Source of the DNA: the human T2T-CHM13v2.0 reference genome, Homo sapiens
Assembly (NCBI RefSeq): GCF_009914755.1
Contig: NC_060927.1
DNA: 64,000 nucleotides
Direction: 5' to 3' (one strand)
Part shown: piece by piece, positions 13,238 to 27,769 of the stretch
How positions within the stretch are numbered: position 1 is the first letter of the stretch
Layout of the letters: each line of letters starts with the position of its first letter
Notes under the pieces: model-generated
Database searches by the model: none
Seen by the model: the letters and a program-made list of their open reading frames with translations, nothing else
What the model was told of the DNA's origin: nothing
Program-made: the position numbers and the translations under genes

Positions 13238-14539
13238 GCCTATTTAAGGATAATTATTCCTGGGAAAAGTCTACTTAACATGAATCCACTTAAATGGGAA
13301 GCAACATTTTACAGCAAATAATGGAGGTAAGGGAGAGTGTGGATTGAAGCTTTAGCTTTAAAAGAACTAAAAATTATAATACTACATTTGTTTTCTTTTA
13401 CATGTAACCACTTTTGATTATCATTGCAACTATAGACGAATTCTTAGGACAGGAAGTTGAATCAAGACTCATTTTGGTGTGCTTTTTTTCTAAAAAACAA
13501 AATTGTAAGGTGGCAAAATATGGCATCCATCATTTCTCATTTGACCTTCATATCAAGATTTTAAAGAAGGTAAATTTTGCAAAATAATCAAGGACTTCAC
13601 TTTTCTCCAGGACCTCTCCTAACCCTTTGAATTTCTAATTATCCCCTTTTGAAGACTCTATTATGTCATCATCTTTGTTAATTTTCTCTTCTTCAATTGT
13701 AATCAAACTCTGCCAGACCCTCATTTCTTGGAGGCATTCTAATAATTATTCCATCAGTCCTCCTCCATTGCTTTCATTATCTTAGTGAAATCCTTCATGT
13801 TTGTGAGATTGGCAGTTTCACCTTGCAATTTGTCAGCATAATAATCACAGTAAAAACACCTGACAATAATAGTGGGTGGGAGTAGATGCCAGTGTTAAGC
13901 CAGAGGGAGGTGTGAGTGGAGACTAGCTTTATAAGGTTCTGTTAGTGAACATTTCGTGTTGGGATGACCTTTGCTTCCCAACTTATAATTATAGGTACTC
14001 CAATAGTAAATACTCTGAAAATGAGGTTCCCCTGCACTCAAAAACAGGAATTAGCATTGCAGGTTCTTGGTGAAAGTACTAATTGGAAGAAGTGTGATGA
14101 TGGATATAGCACCTGGAAAGGTGATCAGCTGTAACCTATGCATGCTGGCTGAGGAACTGACCAATACCCCCTCAGGCTTGGCTCTCAGCTCCTGTAGGTT
14201 TGAGCCCTAAAATGTGGTCAACACCTGAAGCTAGAATACTGAAAAGATAAAGTAACACAAATATCTGCTTTGTAGCTACTGCCATCTAGTGACTTTAAAC
14301 TTCATTTCCAATTTGATGTTTGTTAACATCATAACCAACTCTAGGGGGCAATACATTGCATGTAGTCTGTGACTTGGATGGCTTAGCTTAGCTTTGTAAG
14401 AGCTGACAAGACTTAAAATCCTTTCCCCCTGTTGGGAGTCTGTTCGGAAGTCTTTGATTTGTGTCTGGGTTGGTGTGGACTGGGTAGAGCTTGGTTTTAC
14501 AAGTCCTCAAGGTATGCATGATGATTCACTCTTGGAATA

Positions 14540-14897
14540 AGGCTTGTTCTTTCATCTCCTGACTTTGCACATGTTCTTTACATTGTTGACCTACTCTCCA
14601 GCTTCTCTTCCACTCAATCAGCAAACTGTTCTTAAAAATCAAATTCAAATATACCCTCTAGAAGGGCGTTCTCAACTCCCCCCTCCCCAAACTTGTTCTT
14701 ACTTTCTTCTGTGCTTTTAGATCAAGTTTTACTCAGTTCTGTTACATTTACCACATGCAACTTAATTATTTAATAGTCCTTTCTTCCTCTAAACTCAAGA
14801 TTTTGGGGTGCAACTGTTACGGTTTGATCTTATTAGCATGTATTTCATTCACTACCTAGCACGTTGAAGATAATCACTGAACATTTATTAAATTAAT
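14540..14897 (+). mobile_element. L2 3' remnant
   Basis: Degenerate CTTTGCACATG...ACCTAGCAC...CATTTATTAAATTAA. Confidence 0.55.
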
Positions 14898-14916
14898 TTT
14901 TTTAAATACCGTGATT

Positions 14917-15221
<305 letters not shown>

Positions 15222-15281
15222 TCCACGATTATGCCAAATGGTTCTTGGTTTCACCAAGGTTACATTAACCTCCTAAACTCA

Positions 15282-16390
<1,109 letters not shown>

Positions 16391-16744
16391 GGCCAGTGAT
16401 TCCTAACCTGAAAAGTTCAAACAAGTCCAAATGAGAAACAAATATTGTGATTTATTTTGTCTATAATATGACCCACAACCAGTGCTTTAATAAATTCTCC
16501 TTACATGAGCTTTGTGCAAATGGACTATGTTTGTGAAGTAAAAAGAGCTGAGTTTCACCATCTTGAATGATTTATACAAGCAAAAGGCCAAAGGCAAAAA
16601 GGAACAGGAAAACATACACAGTCCAGGAATTTGCTGGCTTCTAAGAAGGGATTTGTATTTCTACAAGTTTTGTAACTGAAGGTTCAAAACCATTTTACCC
16701 AGATCACACAAACCATGGAGGCTCCAACTGACATCAAGGGTATG

Positions 16745-17070
16745 TAAGATGTGAGGAGACAGATGTAGTACAATTCTTCACCCTTCTCTGTATCCATACC
16801 CTTTGCCATGTGGCTTTGCAGTTTCTAGCACTCCTTGATTTTGCATTTGGCTTTGTGACTTGCTTTGGCCAGTGGAACAAAGTAGAAGTCATAGTATGTT
16901 GGTTGCAAACCTTAAATGCTCTTCTGTAATTTTGTTTGCTTTCTTGAACCTCTGCCTCTGCCAAAGAGAAACATACTTGCGTTAGCCTGCTTGGCCAGGA
17001 GAAGGATAGGAGACCCATGGAGTCAAGCTGAACTGCTGCAGCTAAGTTCAGTCTAAATCAGCCAACAAGA
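16745..17070 (+). mobile_element. MaLR LTR fragment, MLT1I/J-like
   Basis: CCCTTTGCCATGTGGCTTTGCAG..GTGACTTGCTTTGGCCAGTGG. Confidence 0.65.
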
Positions 17071-17185
17071 TCATGTTCTTGTTCTTTTTTAGGAACTTAA
17101 TTTAGAAAATTAAAAGTTGTTTATTACAGTGCTTTGCCTACCCAACTAGTAGGGAGTAAACTTATTTAGTCTTTGTAGAAAATAC

Positions 17186-18892
17186 TTCTTTTTTAACTTT
17201 TATTTTAGATTCAGAGGTACCTGTGAAGGTTTGTTATATAGATAAACCCATGTCATGGGAATTTGTTGTACAGATTATTCAATCACCCAGGTATGAAGTC
17301 CAGTACCGAATAGCTATCATTTCTTCTCTTCTCCCACTTCCCACCCTCCATCCTCAAGTAGACCCCCGTGTCTATTGTTTTTCTTCTTTGTGTTCATAAG
17401 TTCTCATCATTTAGCTTCCACTTACAGGTGAGAACATGCAGTATTTGGTTTTCTGTTTCTGCATTAGTTTACTAGGTATAATGCCCTCCAGCTCCATCCA
17501 CATTTCTGCAAAAGACATGATCTCATTCCTTTTTAGGACTGCATAGTATTCCATGATGTATATGTACCAGATTTTCTTTATCCAATCTGTCATTGATGGG
17601 CATTTGGGTTGATTCCATATCTTTGCTATTGTGAACAGTGCTGCAATGAACATCTGCATGTATGTGTCTTTATGGTAGAATGATTTATATTCCTCTGGGT
17701 CTGTACGCACTAATGAGATTGCTGGGTTGAATGGTAGTTCTACTTTTAGCTCTTTGAGGAATCACCATATGGATTTCCACAATGGTTGAACTAATTTACA
17801 CTTCCACCAACAGTGTATGTGTTCCCTTTTCTCCACAACCTCACCAGCATCTGTTCTTTTTTTACTTTTTAGTAATAGCCATTCTGACTGGTGTGAGATG
17901 GTATCTCATTGTGGTTTCTATTTACATTTCTTTAATGATCTGTGATATTAAACTTTTCTTCATATGCTTGTTGGCCGCACATATGTCTTCTTTTGAAAAG
18001 TGTCTGTTCATGTCCTTTGCCCACTTTTTAATGGGTTTTTTTTTCTTGTAAATTTGTTTAAGTTCCTTATAGATGCTGGATATTAGACCTTTGTCAGATG
18101 CATAGTTTGCCAATATTTTCTGCTATTCTGTAGGTTGTTTACTCTGTTGATGGTTTGTCTTGCTGTGATGAAGCTCTTAAGCTTAATTAGATCCCACCTG
18201 TCAAATTTTGCTTTTGTTGCAATTGCTTTTGGTGTCTTTGTCATGAAATCTTTCCCTATTCCTATGTCCAGGATGGTATTGCCTAGGTTGTCTGCCAGGG
18301 TTTTTATAGTTTTGGGTTTTACATTTAAGTCTTTAATCCATCTTGAGTTGATTTTTGTATATGGTGTAAGGAAGGGATCCAGCTTCAGTCTTCTGCATAT
18401 GGCCAGCCAGTTATCCCAGCATCATTTATTGAATAGGGAGTCTTTCTCTCAATCCTTACTTTTGTCAGCTTTGTCAAAAAACAGATTGTTGTAGGTGTGC
18501 GGCCTTATTTCTGGGCTCTCTATTCTGTTCCGCTGGTCTGTGTGCCTGTTTTTGTACTGGTACCATGCTATTTTGGTTACTGTAGCCCTGTAGTATAGTT
18601 TGAAGTTGGGTAATGTGACACCTCCAGCTTTCTTCCTTTTACTTAGGATTGTCTTGAGTATTTGGGCTCTTTTTTTATTCCATATGAATTTTAAAATAGT
18701 TTTTTTCTAGTTCTGTGAAGAATGTAATTGGTAGTTTGATAGGAATAGCATTGAATCTGTAAATTGCTTTGGGCAGTATGGCCATTTTAATGATATTGAC
18801 TCTTCTTATCCATGAGCAGGTAATGTTTTTTTTCCCATTTGTTTGTGTCTTCTCTGATTTCTTTGTGCAGTGTTTTGTAATTTTCATTGTAC
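17186..18892 (-). mobile_element. L1PA (older, PA11-15-like) 3' 1.7 kb
   Basis: Minus-strand ORF2 peptides (IAALFTIAKIWNQPKCP; [23 protein letters not shown]) with stops; L1PA 3'UTR at left end. Confidence 0.92.
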
Positions 18893-19020
18893 AGAATATG
18901 AAAATATCTTTATTTTGCCCTCACACTTTAATTATATGTAGAATTCCAGGTTGACGATTTTTTTCTTTCCACTCTTCATACATATAATTCTATATCTTCT
19001 GCTTCAGTCTCATGTGATAC

Positions 19021-19501
19021 TGTAGCAGGACAAGCTGCAGACAAAACCTCTGAGACACCGAATTGTAGAAGGAAGGGCTTTATTCAGCTGGGAGCATCAG
19101 CAAGCTACTGCCTTAAAATCCGAGCTCCCTGAGTGAGCAATTCCTGTCCCTTTTAAGGGCTCACAACTCTAAGGATTTCACATGAAAGGGTCGTGTTTGA
19201 TTTGAGCAAGCAAGGGGTACGTGACAGGGGCTGCATGCACTGGTGGTCAGAGAGAAACAGAACAGGGCAGGGAGTTTCACAATGTTCTTCTATACAATGT
19301 CTGGAATCTATGAATAACATCGGTTTTTAAGTTATGAGTTGATTTTTAACTACTGGATTTAGGCCAGGCAGGCCCAGGCCTGGTTTCAGGCCTGGCGCCG
19401 GGCTGCCTGTCTTTGGCTTTACTTCCTTGTTGTTTCTTCTAAAACAGGTACTGAGTATAAAACAGTATAAAACAATATGAGAGGGTCTCTCTCTTCCCTC
19501 A
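19021..19501 (-). mobile_element. ERV1 solo LTR, LTR2B-like (Harlequin/HERV-E group)
   Basis: Reverse complement TGAGGGAAGAGAGAGACCCTCTCATATTG...TCCTGCTACA; perfect 4-bp TSD ATAC; AATAAA retained. Confidence 0.88.
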
Positions 19502-20059
19502 ATACAGGGCTCTGAGCAAAATCTGCCATTCTGTACTAGGATCTCCCCAGACATTGGCAAGTGACTACAACCCCTGAGAGGGGTAACAAAGCTATCTCAG
19601 GGACCAACCTCTTTCCTTTCCTACCTCTGGCTTCGCATAATGAGCCCCATTCTAGTCTCCTACCACGTGTGAAAGTGTTTGTGGCTCCCATTCCTGCAAA
19701 GGCATTAAGTTTTGGCTCAAAGTGCCCATTTACAGTCCTGGTTCCCCAAGGACCATGTGACTTCAGCCCTTGTTTGCCATGTGGGCTGTCTTTTTGCTTC
19801 ACATAAACTTTCCATTAACTTCTAGATCAACTATCCATATTTTTTTATTTTAAAATATTGTCTTATCCATTTTTACATATTTGGAGCAAAGGAAAAAGCA
19901 TTTGGCATGTGCTCACTCTGAGGCTTTGAACAAAACCCTCAATCAGTATTTAAACATAACAATGAGCTTTACTAATTTTTTCCCCTCATTCTGCTTCCTG
20001 CCTCCCACTACCTCTCGGATTTGTTTTTTGTTTTTTTTGTTTTGTTTTGTTTTTCTTAC

Positions 20060-20400
20060 CTGAGTACATACTTTAATAATTCCTTCAGAGAAAGTCCAGA
20101 GTACTGAGATTTCTAAATCATTATTTTTAAGAAAATAGTTATCTTTCATCTTCAATGTTGAATGACAGTTTAGCTTGGTATATGTTTCTAAATATAAAGT
20201 AATTTTCTCTCAGTACTTTGAAAATTCTGCTCTATTGTCTTTTTTGTTCAATGTTTTTGATAAGAAGGCTTATGACAATCTGATTATCATTCCTTATTAT
20301 GTAATACATGTTTTGTCTCTAAAAGATTTTAGGATTTTTCCCTTTATCCTTTACATTCTGATATTCACTATGAAGTCCACACATGGCCTTTGCTTAGTTT
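20060..20400 (-). mobile_element. Ancient L1M/HAL1 ORF1-region remnant
   Basis: TTTTCTCTCAGTACTTTGAAAA..GATAAGAAG..AATCTGATT typical of old L1 ORF1. Confidence 0.5.
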
Positions 20401-20817
20401 TGCATTGTGTATTGTGTTTATCAACATATTTGATCTTTCAGTGCTTCAAGTGACAACCTAAACAACTAATCAATATCTGGGAATGAAAGAACCTTCTCTT
20501 GAGAATCTGACCAGCCCAAGAAGTCCCAATGATACCAACATAAAGGATTCCTTGAAAATAGCCCAGCCAGATCATTCTATGATAAAGCCCACATCTGATG
20601 CTCAATCAGGGTTTGCATGCCCCACCATTATATAACCAATCAAGAATCAACAGACATCTGGGAGCTTTTTTATGAAAGATGGAGACAAACCAACCAATAG
20701 ATAAAAGCAATCTTGAGGAAACAGATTCTGAAAGAAGGAAAAAAAAAAGAAGAAGAAGAAAACATATTATCGAAGTCTTCAGGGTACTTAGAGAAAATGT
20801 TGCAGCCATGAAACTAC

Positions 20818-21000
20818 TTGAGCACAGTGGTTCTTGCCTGTAATCCCTAGGACTTTAGGAGGCCAAGGTGGGAGGATTGCTTGAGCCCAGGGGTTCAAGT
20901 TTACAGCAAGCCATGATTGTACCACTGCACTCCATCCTGGGTGACAGAGTGAGACCCTGTCTCAGAAAAACCAAAACCAAACCAAACCTAAATAAACAAA
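20818..21000 (+). mobile_element. Alu monomer (FAM/FRAM-like)
   Basis: Single monomer with A-rich tail. Confidence 0.85.
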
Positions 21001-21347
21001 CAGGAGCATTCAGAGGACTTTAATGTCACTAAAAGAAAAAATTTTTAATTCAATAGAAGAATTGAAAAATAAAATTGAGAAAATTGTACAAAAGTAGAAC
21101 AAAAATAAACAAGACATAGAAAAAAAGTGGTGGTGGAGAGAGGATCTGAATAGTAGTTTCATAGAGAGAGAGAAAAAGAAGAATTTAAGTGAAACTATTA
21201 TCAAAGGAAAAATTCAAGAAATTTTCCCAGAATGGAAAAACATGAATTTCCAGATTAAAAAGACCTAGGAAATGCCCAGTACACTGGACTCATACCAAGA
21301 CATATCACTGGGAGATTTTAGAATGCTGGGAAGAAAGAGAAAATACT

Positions 21348-22255
21348 TGTGATATAATAAGAAATATACATAAAAGAGCAACTCAAAGCACTCTAAAAAA
21401 ATTTTAAACAATTTTTTAAAGAAATGTCCATTTTATCTTCATCCCCTGTTCCTGGCACAAAGCTCCTAAAACCCTTGTAATTTCCTGAGTGATAGGAGCA
21501 CCTTTTGTTATAACATTGGGTCTTAGTCCCCGGTTCCTGACATAAGAGCCTCTATGACCCTTGGAATCTCCAGAGTGATAGGAGAGTCTTCTTTCATGTT
21601 AATAAAATGACTGGTGGCTGGGTTCCCTGGATAGCCTCAGGATAGGGTCTGGTTGCCAGAAAGACTGAGGCATTTTAGGAGGGGAAAGGGGCTGGAGATT
21701 GAGCTATTCACCAATGGCAATAATTTATCAGTTATGCCTACATAAAGGAAACTCCATAAAAACCCTAAATAACACTTAAAAAAGTTTCCAGGTTGGGGAA
21801 TACATCATTGTGCCAGGAGACACATCCCAAATCCATCGGGAAAGGAGCTCCTGCACGCAGGACCATTTCAGACCTTGCCCTATGTACCTCTTCATCTGGC
21901 CATTAGTTTGTATTCTTTATAATAAACAAGTAAGTGTAGGTAAAGTGTTTTCCTGAGTTCTGAAAGACATTGTAGCAAATTATCAAACCTGAGGAGAAGG
22001 TCATGGAAACCCCAGATATGTAGCAAAGTTGGAGAGAAGTGTGGATGGCCCTAAACACCCAATACTTGCAACTGGCATCTGAAATTGGGGGCAGTCTTAT
22101 GGGACTGAGCCCTTAATCTACGGGGTCTGCATTAACTCTGGACAGTTAGTGTCAGAAGTGAATTAAATTGTAGGACACCCAGTTGGTGTCCAGAGAGAAG
22201 TGGAGAATTGCTCGGTGTGGGAAATCTACACATTTGGTGTCAGAAGTGTTTTGAA
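21348..22255 (+). mobile_element. LTR, MER21 family
   Basis: Starts TGTGATATAATAAGAAATATA; repeated CCTGGCACAAAGCTCCTAAAACCCTT; ends CACATTTGGTGTCAGAAGTG. Confidence 0.82.
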
Positions 22256-22731
22256 TAGAGGCAAAAAGTTTTTATTTTAATACTAAAAGTTCTCTGAATG
22301 TAGAGTAACAGGATCAGTAATCACAATGGCTTTTGACTTCTCAATAGCAACATTGGGGTCTAAAAGATAATGGAGTAATTCATTCAAAATAATAATGGAA
22401 AATCATTTCCAAATTATTATATTAATTCAGCCAAACTCTCAATCAAGTATGAGAGGAGAATAAAGTCATTTTCAGACATGCAAGGTCTGAAAAAATGTGT
22501 CCCCAGGCATCATTTCACAGAAAGCTACTGCAGGATATATTCCACCAGAACAAGAAAGAGGAAGCCTTAGGATATGGGAAGAGTATATAGCATAGAAGAG
22601 AAATCAAGAGAATCCTCTGGATTTTGGTGAAAGGAGACACCCGGATAACTGCTGAGCACCAGATATAGAGGGAAACCATTTCAAATGGAGCAGTCAGAAA
22701 GATCCAGAAGGAAGTCCTTTTTAAAAGATTA

Positions 22732-23060
<329 letters not shown>

Positions 23061-23080
23061 GTATGTATATATATTTGGAC

Positions 23081-23670
23081 CAGTAATTCCCAAAGTCAGG
23101 TCCAGTGGCCCTAGGGGTCCCTGAAACCTTATTAGATAATTTGCAAGGTCAAAGCTATTTATGTAATAATACTAGATATTATTTTTCTTTTTCAATCTCC
23201 TTCTCTCATAAGTATACAAAAAAGTTTTCCAGAGGCTACATGGCATGTGATATTACAACAGATTGAATGAAAAAGCAGATATGAGAAGTCAGCTGTCTTC
23301 CAAGAAGCCAAACATTAAAGAGATTTGAAAATATGTAAAATAATATCATTCTTATTATATTTGTTTTGTTTTAGAAAACATAGTTACATTTCATGAAAAA
23401 TGTTAACATAAAATACATTTAGTATTTTCATGTATTAATACATAGATTTTATTATTGGTAAGTTTTAATTTCAAATATGATAAATGTAGTGGATATGACC
23501 CATATAATCAAAAGCTCTTTGGTCGTCTGATCCTGCTCATGCAAAAATAAAAAGTGCATATATATATGTGTGTGTCTATATATATACATATATATATAAA
23601 GCTCTTTAGGATTCTCCGTCATATTAAGAGTGGAAAGGGCTCTTGAGACCAGAAAGTTTGAGAATTGCTG
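23081..23670 (+). mobile_element. Charlie1 (hAT) non-autonomous element
   Basis: TIRs CAGTAATTCCCAAAGT / AAGTTTGAGAATTGCTG; internal GCAGATATGAGAAGTCAGCTGTCTTC. Confidence 0.82.
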
Positions 23671-23835
23671 ATTCAGAAAACTAATGGAGAGTTTAGGTTG
23701 AATTTTTGTTAGGTAGACCAAAGCAAACAAACAATTATAAATTCCAGAGAAAATAGAAAGTTGAACAGAAAAGGAAAACTAAGCATAGCATACTAGATGG
23801 CTCAGCTGAAAAGAGTGTGTACAGTCTTTTAAAAA

Positions 23836-24177
<342 letters not shown>

Positions 24178-24534
24178 TGATATTGTCTAATCAAAGGTAT
24201 GACATAACTATATTAGATAGTAGGGGCAAGTCTAGTTAAACGGAAGTTGTCAAAAAAGAGCTAAATTCTCATCTTCCATAGTGAGAAGTCAACAGATAAT
24301 AACTAATTCTAAAAAGAAGGTTTTAAAAATAAGCATGTCATTTAGAGATATGAAAATAAATCCTAAAAAACCCACAAATAAAAGTAGAGGTAGTGGCCTC
24401 TAGAAGGGGGAAATGAAGAGGGAGATGGCATTTTCCCAACAAGTCCTGTGGAATTATTTGACTCTAATTATGTATAATTTTGTTGAAGATGAAAGCTGAA
24501 AATAGAAAAAAATTAGTACAAACAGAAGTTTTAG

Positions 24535-24860
24535 TTTTTCTTTTTTCTTTTTTTTTTTTGAGACAGAGTTTCGCTTTGTTCCCCAAGCTGGAGTGCAGTG
24601 GCGCATCTCTGCTCACTGCAAGCTCCGCCTCATGGGTTCACGCCATTCTCCTGCCTCAGCCTCCCAAGTAGCTGGGACTACAGGCGCCCGCCACCATGCC
24701 CGGCTAATTTTTTGTATTTTTAGTAGAGATGGGGTTTCACTGTGTTAGCCAGGATGGTCTTGATCTCCTGACCTCATGATCCACCCGCCTCGGCCTCCCA
24801 AAGTGATGGGATTACAGGCGTGAGCCACCACTCCCAGCCCGTGAGCCACCCTGCCCAGCC
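24535..24860 (-). mobile_element. AluY with duplicated 5' terminus
   Basis: GCAAGCTCCGCC, TTCACGCCATTC, TTAGCCAGGATGG diagnostics. Confidence 0.95.
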
Positions 24861-25114
24861 TAATATTTCTTTTTTCTTGACTTTACAATAGATAAATTCA
24901 TGAGATAGCAGCTAAATTTTCTGATTCAGAGACCACTGCAGTAAATTTGGGATTTTAAATTTTGATTTGAGAAATGGAAGATTGTAATACATGTTTCCGA
25001 ACTGGGGGGTGGAACATAAGAGAATAACAAGGGTGGGATTGCTGAGGAGGGGTGTGTGTGGTTTGAAGAAAAACTGCTGTTCATTGAAGAACCATTAATA
25101 TTTATAAGAAACAG

Positions 25115-26020
25115 TGAATTCAGAATCAAGAGAGCGGACTGTGGTTCCAGCTCTGCCACTTACTCCCCTTGTTGCCGAACCAAACCTAGGGTCTGCTTGT
25201 CTGGCACAGCATAGCCAAACATTAACACTGAGGTTTTGCAGCAAGAGAAAGGAGGGCATTTATTTGCAGGGTGCCAAGCAAGGAGACTCAGGCAGCTATG
25301 CTTAAGACCCGACCTCCCTGATGGTTTACAGAAAGGGTTTTTAAAGGCAGGGGTAAATTTCAGGAAAGTAGAAGTTACAGGCAAAATTATAAATTGATAC
25401 ATGAAGGTTATACACTGGTTTGGCCTAAAAAGGTGGGATATATTTAAGTGAGGGCTTAAAGGCCATAGGTGGATTCAAAGATTCTCTGATTTGCAATTGG
25501 TTCAGGAAGTAAGGCTTTGCCTAAAAACTTGGGGTCAGCAGAAAGGAATGTTAAGTTCTGGCCTGCAGGCGTGTCCTTCTCCAGGGCCCTCAGGAAGAAA
25601 TTTAGAACAAAGAACAGTGGTCAGAGTTTGGTCCTCAGTTCCCTTTTATCTGAGGTCTACGTGCCAGCAGATGGCATTTTCCATTTGGTGGAGGTCCAGG
25701 TTTCTGAAAAAACAACTCTGAAAAAGGACATATGATAAGATATTATCTTTAGTTTCTATAGGGAACCAAATATCTTGTGGTTCTAACTTCCTAGTCTACT
25801 GTTTTAAGCTAACTTTTTGCTTATCAGGTTGCTCATTTATTTCTCAAGGCTAGCTAGATGCCTGGAAGTCTCCTTGAAGGAGCTCAAGATTTTCCTATAT
25901 TTCCAAGGTTGGGGGCGGCGGGTTCCTAAAAATGGTCCCTGCTCTGTCTCATCCTAACCAAGTCACTTGCTCTCAATTTCCCGTTAAATAAGAGGAGTGC
26001 ACTTGATAGTCACTCAGATT
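25115..26020 (+). mobile_element. MIR remnant split by the LTR at 25170-25951
   Basis: GTTCCAGCTCTGCCACTTACT left of the LTR; CAAGTCACTT..CTCAATTTCC right of it. Confidence 0.55.
25170..25951 (-). mobile_element. ERV1 (MER4-group) solo LTR, subfamily uncertain
   Basis: TG...CA termini, minus-strand AATAAA near the 3' end, reverse complement begins TGAGACAGAGCAGGGACC; TSD CCCT/TCCT. Confidence 0.75.
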
Positions 26021-26180
26021 ACAATTAAGTCAAAAAATTATTGTATGTTCTACCAATAATATTCTGAATTACAAAAAACAGGTCAGACTGATCTGGACAA
26101 GGAAACTCTCTTATCTTTAAAATATAAATAAAAACATTTTAGAAAAGAAAAATAATATTTGATTTGGGCTTTGAGATTTA

Positions 26181-26546
<366 letters not shown>

Positions 26547-26549
26547 TCA

Positions 26550-26979
<430 letters not shown>

Positions 26980-27504
26980 TGAGCTCCTTTCCAATAACTT
27001 CCTTGCTTCATAAATTCTACTTAAGATGTTTTCTCTTCCTGATCTCTATGTGGGCAGAAAAAAGGTAGCAATGCTTACGTAATAAATGATTATGCTCATC
27101 TTTGACTTTTTCTTATGTTCATTTCTACAGTTTCTACTGCAATTATTTTTTTTAACTGAGGATGGCTAAAAATGTACCTCCAGCTAGAGTTTATAAATGC
27201 AAGATAAATGCTTGATGAGCTGCTATTAGAGGTTCCTGAAAATAAATACCAGGTGACAGTTTGCACTGTTCATCAAAGAGCATTAACAGAGATGAGAGGG
27301 TGGCATACTTTTTTATTTTAAAAAACAACCAAATGAAAAAAAGTCATCAATAATGCTACCACTTAGAGATAATGATCTTTAGCAAATTACATCATTAACA
27401 GTGTCTTCCAATCCTTTTTCTTGGCAGGTATAACAAACTAAGTGATCCAAAAACACATTTTACATGCTTAGTTCACACAAACTTTCACATACATAAAATT
27501 TGTA

Positions 27505-27760
27505 TATGCCATAGTTGGAGCTATGCAGGAGATCCAGTCCCTGCTGGAGATGATGCTAGGACACAGAAAAAGAGGAAGAAATTCTCTGGCTTCTGCCTTT
27601 TTTTTTTTTTTCCAGTCTCCCAGTAGTGCCTCCCATTGGCTGAACCCAGCCAGAAGTCAGCTGACGTAAGATCTTGGAAAATGCAGCCCACAGCGGGGAA
27701 GCCCCAGGAAGTCACAGGAAGAAAGGGAGAGGCACAAACAAGCACAGGATCAGCATAGCC
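27505..27760 (-). mobile_element. Old ERVL-type LTR fragment (LTR33-like)
   Basis: GTGCCTCCCATTGGCTGAACCCAGCCAGAAG motif next to ERVL internal sequence. Confidence 0.45.
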
Positions 27761-27769
27761 CACCCTTTT

